Source: an uncultured Verrucomicrobiales bacterium (lineage in GTDB: Bacteria > Verrucomicrobiota > Verrucomicrobiia > Verrucomicrobiales > DEV007). Taken from it: 64,000 nucleotides of DNA. Positions 28,114 through 37,887 of this stretch are shown here, in pieces (position 1 is the stretch's first letter; each line of letters opens with the position of its first letter). The notes under the pieces were generated by a model. It did no database searches. It had not been told where the DNA came from and saw only the letters and a program-made list of their open reading frames with translations. The stretch is from positions 32,512 through 96,511 of the forward strand of contig CALKOM010000022.1 in NCBI GenBank assembly GCA_938091905.1, given 5' to 3'. Made by a program: the position numbers and the translations under genes.

Positions 28114-29163
28114 GTGAAATGGAAATGGATCGAGCTTCATAGCAAACCGTGGTTCTGGGGCAGCCTTGCTGGCCTCTTCGCATGCGTGATTTGTGCCTGG
28201 TGGTTTATGCAACCACGAGTGCCTCGACTCACAATTTACTGCGCCCATGATTCCGTTTACTCTGCGGAGGTCTTGGAACGGTTCAGAAAAGAGACCGGGA
28301 TCAAATTCGACGTTAAATATGACACCGAGGCTACCAAGTCGCTTGGCTTGGTCGAGTTGATTCTCCAAGAGAAGGACGCCCCACTCTGTGATGTCTTTTG
28401 GAACAACGAAGTGCTGGGTACGCTGCGGTTGCAAAGCGCACAAATGCTAGAGCCATACAAGAGTCCGCGTTATGCAAAAGTCCCAGATCAGTTCAAAGAC
28501 GAAGCCGGATTCTGGACGGGGTTCGGTGCTCGGTTGCGTGTCTACATCACCGATCCGAGTCGTCTAGCTGCCACACAGGAGGCGATCGATCAGCGCTTGG
28601 AGACTCCCGACCTCTCTGAAGTGACTATTGCAAAGCCTCTCTATGGAACCACGCTCACGCACTACACTGCTCTCTGGCAGTCTTGGGGAGCAGATGCGAT
28701 GAAAGCATGGCACAAGAGTATCTCTGATCGGGGGATCATTGAGGTTAGTGGGAATGCGGTCACGCGAGCGATGGTTGCTGAAGGTGTTTGTGATCTCGGC
28801 TTCACCGACACCGATGACTACTTTGTCGCCAAGCAACGGAGACAGAATGTGGGAATGTTGCCTGTGCGTTTGCCTTCAAGCGAAGTGATCTGCATTCCAA
28901 ACACCGTTTGTCTAATTCGTGATAGTGATAGACCGAAGCAGGCGCGCAAGTTGATCGATTTTCTGTTGACGGCGAAGACGGAAGTAGAACTTGCGAATTC
29001 GCAATCCAGGCAGATTCCGCTCGGGCCTGTCGATGAAACCACGCTGCCCGAAGATGTCCGGAAACTCATGCCCTTGACCAAGGAAGCGCTAGATATGTCT
29101 AGCTTGCGTGAGCATGCTGATGCTTGCTTGACGTGGTTGAAGGGAATCTACACGCACGGTTAG
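28114..29163 (+). CDS. ABC transporter substrate-binding protein, Fe(III)/AfuA-FutA-like family
   Basis: N-terminal membrane anchor; FRKETGIK, CDVFWNNE, WTGFGARLRV, GFTDTDD, IPNTV, ARKLIDFLL. Confidence 0.85.
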   Translation: MKWKWIELHSKPWFWGSLAGLFACVICAWWFMQPRVPRLTIYCAHDSVYSAEVLERFRKETGIKFDVKYDTEATKSLGLVELILQEKDAPLCDVFWNNEVLGTLRLQSAQMLEPYKSPRYAKVPDQFKDEAGFWTGFGARLRVYITDPSRLAATQEAIDQRLETPDLSEVTIAKPLYGTTLTHYTALWQSWGADAMKAWHKSISDRGIIEVSGNAVTRAMVAEGVCDLGFTDTDDYFVAKQRRQNVGMLPVRLPSSEVICIPNTVCLIRDSDRPKQARKLIDFLLTAKTEVELANSQSRQIPLGPVDETTLPEDVRKLMPLTKEALDMSSLREHADACLTWLKGIYTHG

Positions 29164-29164
29164 T

Positions 29165-29443
29165 TTACCACTCGCCGCCGAAGAGCTGGGTCCATTGACA
29201 GGTCTGACAGTTTTTATCCTGGCACTGCGCAAAGTCTTTCTCGATAGAACCTTTAAGGAAATCACGTGCTTTTGACTTGGGCGTGGGAGGTGTTTCTACC
29301 CAATCATGTCCCACGCGGTAGCGATTGAGAGGCGTGAGATGAAGGGGCGTGTCCGTCGAACCTGTTTCTTCCTTCTTAGGAATCAATAGCAAACTTGCCA
29401 GCGCAGCTGGAGCGAGCAAGGTTAGCCAGAATCGAGGCGACAC
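29165..29443 (-). CDS. Small hypothetical protein with N-terminal hydrophobic segment and Cys-rich tail
   Basis: Fills the gap exactly, 12 nt after the upstream stop; CQDKNCQTC near the C-terminus. Confidence 0.45.
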   Translation of the reverse strand: MSPRFWLTLLAPAALASLLLIPKKEETGSTDTPLHLTPLNRYRVGHDWVETPPTPKSKARDFLKGSIEKDFAQCQDKNCQTCQWTQLFGGEW

Positions 29444-29455
29444 GACTGTCGTTTC

Positions 29456-30586
29456 TCAGTTCTCTGGGAGTTCGTCGAGAGCTTTATTCGCGTCTTTCAA
29501 AGCTCGTTCTGCTTTTTCCAATTCTCGTAGAAGTTGATCAAGTTGCTCTGACTTCGGCTCGATTGGGGTCTTCGGGTTTCCAAGCCATTCAAGCACAAGG
29601 CTAGAAGGAATGGCGTAGGTCTTTACTCGACCAGAGCGTGCGATGTTAATTCCCAAGATGCGTCCTTCAAGATCCACCACGGGGCCACCCATGCGGAACG
29701 GGGCCAACCCGATATCGTGTTGCCAAACCTTGGGGTAACCCGTTCGATGCTTGCTTGTCGCTCCGCCTAGTAGGTCCATTGCGTGAGCGCGGTCAAACAG
29801 ATCTCCAGCTTCTTCACGACTGCCCAGGACGACGCTCGCCTCTGCCTGTTTCCTGCCGCGTCGGTAACCTACCCGGATCGCCTTGCCTGGCTTCAGCATG
29901 CTGACATGCTCAGCGAACGTTTGAACGGTCGAGAAAGTCTTGCCATCGATGCTGAGAAGGACGTCGCTGTTTCTTAGGCCAGCTTCGGATGCGGCACTGT
30001 CTTCTTTCACCTCCCGTATCTTCAATCCCCCTTGGAAACCGTCGATGGAGATGCCCAGGTAGCCTTGGTCTTGTCCAGAGAGATCGCGGACGCCCACACT
30101 CACGATGCCCACACCACTGACATCACCACCAGGGCTTGGTGTGGCGATGAGACTGCCGATGATGGGAGCAGTGTTCGTGAACTCGGGCACGCGAAGTCCT
30201 GTGCGCTTTACCCGCAGAAAGGCGACGTCATGCTTAGGAAACGAGCGCTCGATGCTGGCTCGATGGTATGTGCCATCTCTAAACTGACAGCGAACGGACC
30301 GGCCTTCGACTTCGCTAGCTTTGGTTAGGATGAGCCCGTCCTCAGAGACGACCGTGCCGAGAGCGAGTCTCTGCTCCTTCTCGAGGATCCAAACGGTACC
30401 TTTACTGGCGTCTGCAACCGTGGGCTTGAAGGCATTAAGAATTTCTAGCAGTTGCGCTTGGTTCGCTTTCTCTTCTTCGGAGGGGCGCAAGGTCAAGAGG
30501 TCAAGGAGAGAGCCTCTTTTCTCCGCCAGTGTCGCGCCGGACAATGAGATCAGCAAGAAGGCGGCGATTGTGAACGAACGTTTCAT
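29456..30586 (-). CDS. Secreted trypsin-like protein with a PDZ domain inserted in the protease fold, catalytically degenerate
   Basis: LGTVVSEDGLILTKASE (His lost), HDVAFL, PDZ (GYLGI...SAASEAGLRNSDV), then FRMGGPVVDLEGRILGINIA (Ser lost). Confidence 0.85.
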   Translation of the reverse strand: MKRSFTIAAFLLISLSGATLAEKRGSLLDLLTLRPSEEEKANQAQLLEILNAFKPTVADASKGTVWILEKEQRLALGTVVSEDGLILTKASEVEGRSVRCQFRDGTYHRASIERSFPKHDVAFLRVKRTGLRVPEFTNTAPIIGSLIATPSPGGDVSGVGIVSVGVRDLSGQDQGYLGISIDGFQGGLKIREVKEDSAASEAGLRNSDVLLSIDGKTFSTVQTFAEHVSMLKPGKAIRVGYRRGRKQAEASVVLGSREEAGDLFDRAHAMDLLGGATSKHRTGYPKVWQHDIGLAPFRMGGPVVDLEGRILGINIARSGRVKTYAIPSSLVLEWLGNPKTPIEPKSEQLDQLLRELEKAERALKDANKALDELPEN

Positions 30587-30590
30587 GGTC

Positions 30591-31570
30591 TTAGTGATTG
30601 GGCTCGTTGAGGAAATCGCTGCGGCGTTTCAGCTTGATGGTGAGGGACTCTGTGATATCGCTAACAGCGGGTTTGACTTCTAACGTAACCTTATCATTCG
30701 GTATTGAAATATCTGAGCCGCTGCAGAAAGCGACGCCCGGGACGACCATCGAGGATCACAATTCGATCTCCCTTAAGGATCCCCGATATTTGTGCGGGCG
30801 AGCCCTCGACTACGGATAGGACATCTGCTGTTTCGGATTGGGGATCGATCTGGATGCCTAGGAATCCTTGCTCGCGGCGATTCCAGTCATAGAGTCGGCC
30901 TACAACTTTGCCGCGCTGCATGAGCTTCCATTGATCTTTGAAAGCACTGATGGGGGCATGTCGGTTCTCTGATAGGCTGATGCCAATGGAAGAGTGGATG
31001 CCGATCAGGCGGCCCTGGAGGTCTAGCAAAGGTCCTCCTGAATCCCCCCCCCGACCAGGGTAGAGTCTGTGAGAAGAAATCCATTCTCTTCAAGCGAGAG
31101 CAAGCGGCCCAACCGAACCGGTGGCGTGCGGTCTTTGACGAATCCGCCAGGATGTCCCATGGCGAGGCACCATTGTCCTTGTTCCAGTGCCGTGGCGTCT
31201 CCGAGAGGCACATGCGGAAAGCTTCGGTTGTTGACCTCAACTTGAATCATACCGGCATCGAGTGAGCGATAAGCGCCCAAGGTCTTTCCTGGTAGGCGTT
31301 CACCCCCGAGCATGATCACGGTGATGTCGCGGTCGCTTTCACCGCTGACGTGGGCAGCGGTCAGAATGAGTCCGTCTGCGCTGACAATCACGCCGCTACC
31401 AGATCCGTCACCTGCATTGGGAAACTCAATCCCACGACGGAAGGCATGGCGGTGCGGATGGTCGTTCGCATCTGCTCCTGGCGCTTGCGGAGTGTTTCTA
31501 GGGTGAGTTCGGCGCACGCAGACGCCAGCGAAAGCACGGCGACCGAAAGGTGGTAGAGAATCCGTGTCAT
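30591..31570 (-). pseudogene. Trypsin-like (S1C/HtrA) serine protease with PDZ, split by three frameshifts
   Basis: Signal peptide...PSVVG | IEF..GSGSGVIV..LTAAHV..DAGMI..LVGG | DSGGPLLDLQGRLIGI..PDZ..YF | PNDKVTLEV...NH*. Shifts lie at about 31431-31433 (C3), 31044-31052 (C9) and about 30700. Sequencing error cannot be excluded. Confidence 0.82.
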
Positions 31571-31657
31571 GGTGGAATCATAGCCTAGCGTAGGTCACGG
31601 TCCAAAGCAATGCAGTCAGGCGTGACATCTTCGAAGTTCTTGCCAGTATTACGGCCT

Positions 31658-32380
31658 ATGCGTCTTCCAAGTATTCTTTTGCTGCTGTCTCTAACATGTG
31701 GTTTCTGTCAAGCTGAAGAGGCTCCGACTATTCCTGCCGTGCGCTTTGATCCTGTCCAACGCGAGATGGAGGGATGGACGGTTCACTGTGATCCAGCAAT
31801 ACTGGAAGGAGGCGAGCATGCGGTTGAGGGAGCAAAGGCATTGAGAATGTTGGGCGATCATCTTCACCGCATCAGTTTGTTGGTGGAAGAGTCTCGGCTG
31901 GTGAAGCTTCGCAAATGTGAGATCTGGATCGAGCATGAGCATCCGGTGATGAAGGCCATGCAGTATCATCCAGGCGTGGGTTGGTTAAAATCTCATGGGC
32001 ACGATCCGCGCCTTCATCAGAAAGTGCATGTTGTGCGTGCCGCTGCTTTGTTAGATAGAGGTCAGCTATTGAAACATCCGGCGGTGATCTTGCACGAGCT
32101 TGCTCATGCCTACCATGATCAGTTTCTGACCTTTGAGCACAAGCCAACACTAGATACTTACAAGAAGGCCATGGACGCAAAGCTCTATGACCGAGTCCTA
32201 CTGTTTAACGGCAAGTTTGTGCCGCACTATGCGACCACGAATCACAAGGAATACTTCGCCGAGAGCACAGAAGCCTACTTCTATCGGAATGACTTCTTCC
32301 CCTTTGTGCGTGCGGAACTAAAGGAGCATGATCCTGCCACGCACACGTTGATGGAAAAGGTGTGGGGAAGGTTGGACTAA
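31658..32380 (+). CDS. Secreted zinc metallopeptidase (HExxH, anthrax lethal factor/MtfA-like fold)
   Basis: Signal peptide; VILHELAHAYH and YATTNHKEYFAESTEAYF...ELKEHDP. Confidence 0.85.
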   Translation: MRLPSILLLLSLTCGFCQAEEAPTIPAVRFDPVQREMEGWTVHCDPAILEGGEHAVEGAKALRMLGDHLHRISLLVEESRLVKLRKCEIWIEHEHPVMKAMQYHPGVGWLKSHGHDPRLHQKVHVVRAAALLDRGQLLKHPAVILHELAHAYHDQFLTFEHKPTLDTYKKAMDAKLYDRVLLFNGKFVPHYATTNHKEYFAESTEAYFYRNDFFPFVRAELKEHDPATHTLMEKVWGRLD

Positions 32381-33060
32381 TTTTCTGACAGGTCCGTTTG
32401 CTCGGAATCCTCGAGGAGGCTGGCAGCGAGTTCTGGTTGACCCACTTGGGTGTAGCTTTCGGCTAGCTGTGTCTTGAGTTGGGAACGATGGGGCAGATGA
32501 CTGAGGACCTTCTCAAGATCGGCGATGGTGTCTGTCCACTGAGAAGACAAACGATGGAGTGTTCCTCGGGTGGCGAGGTATTCGAGCTCAATAGGATGCT
32601 CCCCTGCAGACGTCACGGCATCGGTGACCAGCTCAAGGGCGCGGGGGAGATCTGGTGAGTTTTGGTGGGCGAGTGCCCAAGCGAGATTGTTTTTGAGACT
32701 GTGAACCTGAGGATACTGTTGGAGCCCATTCTCGCTGATCCTGCGAACTTGAGGCCAGCTTTCCTGGTGGCAATGATAGCCTGAAAGGAGTTGATAGACA
32801 AGTTGTGCTGGATTGGGAGCGCTCTCCAGATTGACTAAGAGGCCGATGATCCGGTCGGCAGATCTTTCTTGGGCTTTCGAGAGGATCCTTTCAAGGGCAT
32901 CAATGGCTTGGTCCGAATCTGGAGTGCTTTTGGCTTTCTTCAGTTGCCTTTGTGATGAGCGGACATCAGTTAGGCTCTTTCCAACGATCGGACCTGCGTG
33001 AAGCGTTTCAGGATTTCCAGAGCCAGATCGCTCGGCATCTACAAGAAGCTCAGGATGGGC
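32377..33060 (-). pseudogene. C-terminal fragment of a TPR protein
   Basis: NNLAWALA..DLPRALEL..YLATRG..DLEKVL..LAESY; no credible start, since the upstream frame is antisense to the + strand remnant. The 5' boundary is approximate. Confidence 0.55.
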
Positions 33061-33067
33061 CTCCGAC

Positions 33068-34117
33068 TTGAAACGTCGCCGCTTTCGAAAGTTTGGGTTC
33101 TTTCTGTGGCCGTGGTGGCGTTCGCGGCCGTCGCGCGAACTCCTGTGGGGGCTTCCTGCTCTAGCCATGCTGGTAATCGCTTTACAGGTGTTCTTCCATC
33201 TTCAGTTGCGAGGGTATCGAGAATCTTCTGTGGATCGCTACCTTATAGCCGCTCGGTCAGCTGCTGCTCAGGGGGCCTGGAGCGAGGCAGATCTTTACTA
33301 TCGGAAGGTTTTAGAGGACTTCCCGGACCATGCGCCTGTGGTTTATGAACTTGCCAAGGTTGCGGGGGTGTTACGCCAGAGTGCGCGTTGCGATAGCTTA
33401 TTGGAGCGACTGCAGTCGATGACAGACGAACCCAGGATACCCCTGTAGGTAGCGGAATTGTTAGGGAAGCGTCCAAGAAATGCCAAAGAGCTAATCCCGG
33501 TGCGAGAGGCTCTCGACGAAGCACGAAAGTTTGGATTGGACCCGAGCGATGTGAGCGTGATGCTGGCTGCACGCTGCCTGGAGTTGGGCGATCATCATGC
33601 CGTGGTGGGCTTGCTAGAAGATCAAGACAGGAATCTGTCTACAGAGGCCAACCTGATCTTGGCAAAGTCTCTGCAAGTCTTGCGGCAGCCGGTTAAGGCT
33701 GCATATACGGCTCGGCGCCGTCTTTCAATCAATCAACCGGGGACGTGGATGGCCCGTGATCTCCTGCGCGCTCAGGCTTACGCCATCTTGGGTGATTATG
33801 GGCGTGCCGTTGGATTGTTGGAACGACAGGGCCGTAGGAAAGAAGTTGAGCCCTTGATAGAAGAGATCTACAGCTCTTGGCTAGGCGAATCGACGGGGAT
33901 GGAAGAGAAAGCCTCGACTCAAGATTTTGTCTTGCTAGAGCGCGGCCTCGCGTGGCTACCAATGCGGCCTGAGTTGCTGGGTCAGTTTGTGAGATTCTCC
34001 CAGGCCGTTTCCCAGGAGTCGTTGGACGCAGCATTCGGTGACGTCGCCTCTCCTCTGATTGTGCATCTTAGGCTTGGCCTGCAACCGATCTATTCTGAAT
34101 TCACGCCGTCTGCATAG
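33068..34117 (+). pseudogene. N-terminal part of a membrane-anchored TPR protein with an in-frame TAG and a truncated 3' end
   Basis: ORFs 33068-33448 and 33458-34117 share a frame, separated by TAG at 33446-33448 (L*VA, plausibly TGG>TAG); TM segment followed by TPR-like helices. Confidence 0.65.
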
Positions 34118-34466
34118 TCGCTGTCAAAATCGGTGCTGTAGGCATTCGTGCCGCTATGAGCGGTCGATACCGCAGCGATGGCAAGGGTTCCGTGTTTCCA
34201 GGCGGTGTTGGCTGCCACCTGCACGTCGACCCAACTTTCGTTGCCACTTTCGAAGTCTTCCGAGAAGAGCGGAGTTCGTCCCGAGATTCCCACCCGAAAC
34301 TGTTCGTTGGGGGCGGCATTGGGTGCTGTACTATAGCTGAAAAGTTCACCGTCTTGGGTGAAGGTCGCCTTGCTGTCGATTTGCCAATTGCGAAGATCCG
34401 TAGAACGCTGAAGAGCGAGAGAAAGATGAGGGAAATACAGAGACGCGTGCTTGGGTGAACTTTCAT
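34090..34466 (-). pseudogene. Remnant of a secreted protein
   Basis: The signal peptide MKVHPSTRLCISLIFLSL is out of frame with QRSTDLRNW...QFRVG...LFSEDFESG...AHSGTNAYSTDFDSDY, which stops at 34090. Confidence 0.6.
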
Positions 34467-34606
34467 AGCGGGAGAGGGGATTGAGCCGTTTGGCGATGCG
34501 ACGACACCCAGCTGTGACTCTCGCAAATCACGTTGTGAGATAGACAAGGAGAAAGAGGGTAAACGGGCCATTGCCATGATTGTGCAGAGCTCTATATGTT
34601 TATGGA

Positions 34607-35332
34607 ATGAGGATCCCTTTGGTATTAATCACGCTGTTAATGGTAGCCTTGATCTCCCTAACGGAGGCATGGGGAAATGATCGTCGTGAGCATATCATGG
34701 TCAGTGGCGGGCCTGCATTGCTGGCGTGGGAAAAACTGCGATTCGAGGCAGACCAGCACGACAAGTTCTACTTCAATTTCGTTCGCCCAGTGGCCTGGGC
34801 GCGTATTCCTCAGCTTAAAAAGCTCTATGGTAAGGACGCATCTGTTACGTGGCTCGTATACCGGCCGGCCTACGAGAAGCGTCAGCGAGAGTCCGGTAAA
34901 CCGTTAATTTCTTGGATTGAATCTGTGGTCCGCAAGTATCCCGCGGTTAAGCTTGTGTGGTTTAGTAAGAGTGACGATGTGATCAATTACATCAACCGCG
35001 GTCAGAACCGCCGAAAGATGAAGATTGGATCAATCGATTTCTACCTCCACTCAAACAAGTATTGTCTGATGTTCGACTACAGCAGTGAGATCCTTGGATG
35101 TTCGAAGGCCTTCCTACATCAGCGCGATATTAAGAAGATCAAGCGGAGCGCCTTTGCGAAAGGGGCGCAATCTAAGAGCTGGGGATGTCATACAGGGGAA
35201 AGCATGAGCGGTCTCTGGAGGAAACAGACAGGCACGAAGCTCTGGGGGGCCATCGGGAAGACTGATTACTCTGATATCAGCTTGAATGGCGGTATACCGT
35301 CTCTCAGTCCACGTGGGCGTTGGGCATACTAG
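34607..35332 (+). CDS. Secreted basic hypothetical protein with a caspase-like His/Cys motif pair
   Basis: Signal peptide; IDFYLHSN (His codon 35048) and KSWGCHTG (Cys codon 35186). Confidence 0.75.
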   Translation: MRIPLVLITLLMVALISLTEAWGNDRREHIMVSGGPALLAWEKLRFEADQHDKFYFNFVRPVAWARIPQLKKLYGKDASVTWLVYRPAYEKRQRESGKPLISWIESVVRKYPAVKLVWFSKSDDVINYINRGQNRRKMKIGSIDFYLHSNKYCLMFDYSSEILGCSKAFLHQRDIKKIKRSAFAKGAQSKSWGCHTGESMSGLWRKQTGTKLWGAIGKTDYSDISLNGGIPSLSPRGRWAY

Positions 35333-35346
35333 CAGAGTGTTTATTT

Positions 35347-37887
35347 ATGGCTTCTCCTCCCTTGAACTTTCCTGACACGTCTGCTGTCCAGACTCGGCTC
35401 CCTAATGGCCTGGACATCATCATCAAAGAGGACCACAGCGCTGAAGTGGTCAGCGTCCAAGCGTGGTGCAGTGCGGGGAGCATTCACGAAGACGAATGGT
35501 CGGGTGCCGGGCTGTCGCATATCTTAGAGCACATGCTCTTTAAGGGGACCAAGAAACGCCAAGGCCCTGAGATTTCAACGCAAGTTCAAGACGTGGGTGG
35601 CTATATCAATGCTTACACGTCCTTTGATCGCACGGTTTATTGGATTGATGCCCCGTCTTCTGGGACTGAGTTGTGTCTTGATGTGTTGCTAGATGTCATG
35701 ACGGAGGCGACGCTTCCCGAGGACGAATACGAAAAAGAGCAGGAAGTCATTCGCCGAGAATTCGCGATGGGGTTTGATGATCCGGGACGGATGAGCTCTC
35801 AGCTTCTCTTTGCTACGGCTTTTCAGAATCACCCGTATCGCCATCCGGTGATCGGCCATTTGGACGTCTTTAACACACTGACGCGAGCCGATGTCTTGGC
35901 TTACTACAAGCGGCACTATGTCCCGAATAACATGCTCTTTGTCGTCGTTGGTGCAGTTGACTCTGCGAAAGTGACGGAACAAATTGCACGTTATTTCGAT
36001 GATTATCCACGGCAGCCTTACACGCCTGTGGTGATCCCTGAAGAACCGGCGCAGTTGGGCCGGCGCGAAGCGCATGTGGAGTTTGAGACTCAACTGACGA
36101 AGATGCATTTGGCCTGGCACATCCCGGGAGTGTCTCACCCTGATATGCCTGCATTGGATGTGCTTGCTAGCATTCTCGGGCAAGGGAGGAGTTCGCGATT
36201 GTATCGCACAATTCGTGAGGAACGCGAACTGGCACATTCCATTGGTGCCTATGCCTATACGCCAGCTCATGGCGGTTTATTCAGTGCTAGCGCCACCGTT
36301 GAGCCTGACAAGCGCACTGCTGTGGAAGCGGCGATCCATGAAGTGATCGGTGATCTTGCTTCTGGAGGTGTGCGTGAGGATGAGTTGGAGAAGGCGAAGA
36401 AATCGTGCCTCGTCGATATGCTAGGGGAGCTCACAAGCATGCGTGGCCAGGCGAATGATTTGGCCACGAATTGGATGCTCAGTCGAAATTTGGATTTCAC
36501 GCGAGACTATCTCACTGACATTCATGCGGTGACAGGAGATCAAGTTTGCGACGTGGTGTGTCGCTATTTGCTGGACTCCAATCTCTCCTCGGTGTCACTC
36601 AATCCCAAAGGATTCCTTCAAGTGGCTGCGTCTGAGGAGAATGAGGATTGTAGCGCGGAGACGCGTAGGTTTCAGCTAGACAATGGGCTGACAGTTCTTC
36701 TGCAAGAGGATCATCGCGTGCCTCTAGTCTCCTTGCGGGTAAGTTTTCTCGCAGGTTTGCTAGGAGAAGACGAGAAGACGTCGGGGCTTGCTCAGCTTGC
36801 ATCGCGCTGTTTGCTTAAAGGCACGTCCACTCGAAGCGCTGCTGAGATTGCGGATGCGATTGAGAATTCGGGAGGGACCTTGGCGGCGAGTGCGGGAAAC
36901 AACACCTTCACGGTGGCCGCAGGTTGCCTCGAACAGGATCTGGTCATGGCTCTGGACCTCATGAGTGATGTTCTGTTGCGACCCACTTTTCCGAAGGGCG
37001 AGATTGAGCGTGAAAAGGTGGCTCAGCTTGCTAGCATTCGATCTGAATCGGATCATCTCGTGACGGTTGCAGTCCGCAGGTTGCGTTCAGAACTCTTTGG
37101 GGATCATCCCTACGCCAATGCCCGTGTGGGAAGTGAGGACTCGGTGGCACAACTGTCGCATCTTGAGGCGGAGGACTTTCAGAACCGCTATATTGCAGCA
37201 GAGAACGGCGTTCTTGCCGTGTTTGGAGCGGTCGATTCCGAGAAAACCGAGAAGCTCATTCGCGATGTCTTTGAGGCAATGCCAGTCGGTGAGAGAGCGT
37301 TCGCTGAAGTGCTCCCACCGCCGGCGCTAGCGAAGTCGAAAGTGATCGATCTGTCCACTGACAAGCAACAAGCTGTATTGGTTACAGGTTTCCCAGGCGC
37401 CGCCTTGGATTCTCCTGACCGGCTAGCGTTGGAGCTGATAGAGGAAGCCTGCAGCGACATGTCTTCTCGTTTGTTTATGCGTATTCGTGAGGAGATGGGT
37501 CTGGCTTACTATGTCAGCGCCTCCCAGATGTTCGGTCTGGCTCCTGGGGTGTTTTATTTCTACGTAGGCACTGATCCTGACAAGCTTGATGACGTGCAAT
37601 CGGCGCTTGCAGATGAGGTCGCGAAGCTTGCTGAGGGCGGCTTGGAGCCACAGGAGTATGCGCGCGCGAAGAAGACGCTGTTAGGCAAAGCGGCGATGGG
37701 TGCTCAGGGGGCTGGTGCTCGGGCCGCTGTTCAAAGCCTGGATGAGCTCTATGGATTCGGATATGATTATAGCAAGTCGCTTGAGGAACGTGTGGAAGCG
37801 ATCAGCCTTGAAGATGTCAATCGGGTGTTGCGGAAGTTCTTTCACGAGAAGCCTGCGATCACCTTACGCGTTTCACCAAATCTCTAG
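35347..37887 (+). CDS. M16 (pitrilysin-family) zinc peptidase with two fused halves
   Basis: GLSHILEHMLFKGT (HxxEH), NAYTSFDRTVY, HPYRHPVIG; second half lacks HxxEH; SRLFMRIREEMGLAY. Confidence 0.93.
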   Translation: MASPPLNFPDTSAVQTRLPNGLDIIIKEDHSAEVVSVQAWCSAGSIHEDEWSGAGLSHILEHMLFKGTKKRQGPEISTQVQDVGGYINAYTSFDRTVYWIDAPSSGTELCLDVLLDVMTEATLPEDEYEKEQEVIRREFAMGFDDPGRMSSQLLFATAFQNHPYRHPVIGHLDVFNTLTRADVLAYYKRHYVPNNMLFVVVGAVDSAKVTEQIARYFDDYPRQPYTPVVIPEEPAQLGRREAHVEFETQLTKMHLAWHIPGVSHPDMPALDVLASILGQGRSSRLYRTIREERELAHSIGAYAYTPAHGGLFSASATVEPDKRTAVEAAIHEVIGDLASGGVREDELEKAKKSCLVDMLGELTSMRGQANDLATNWMLSRNLDFTRDYLTDIHAVTGDQVCDVVCRYLLDSNLSSVSLNPKGFLQVAASEENEDCSAETRRFQLDNGLTVLLQEDHRVPLVSLRVSFLAGLLGEDEKTSGLAQLASRCLLKGTSTRSAAEIADAIENSGGTLAASAGNNTFTVAAGCLEQDLVMALDLMSDVLLRPTFPKGEIEREKVAQLASIRSESDHLVTVAVRRLRSELFGDHPYANARVGSEDSVAQLSHLEAEDFQNRYIAAENGVLAVFGAVDSEKTEKLIRDVFEAMPVGERAFAEVLPPPALAKSKVIDLSTDKQQAVLVTGFPGAALDSPDRLALELIEEACSDMSSRLFMRIREEMGLAYYVSASQMFGLAPGVFYFYVGTDPDKLDDVQSALADEVAKLAEGGLEPQEYARAKKTLLGKAAMGAQGAGARAAVQSLDELYGFGYDYSKSLEERVEAISLEDVNRVLRKFFHEKPAITLRVSPNL

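Noticed and set aside
33446..33448. Stop-codon recoding (pyrrolysine at this TAG, or selenocysteine at TGA 46485-46487)
   Set aside because: TAG and TGA end many intact genes here, both host genes carry other lesions, and no recoding machinery is visible.
33060..34090. Programmed invertible segment flipping the 5' half of one TPR gene
   Set aside because: The orientation fits, but I found no inverted repeats at the junctions and no recombinase, and the two fragments seem to overlap in homology.
36660..37887. Inactive second half of the M16 peptidase as a novel pseudoenzyme
   Set aside because: Loss of HxxEH in the C-terminal half is the normal M16 architecture.
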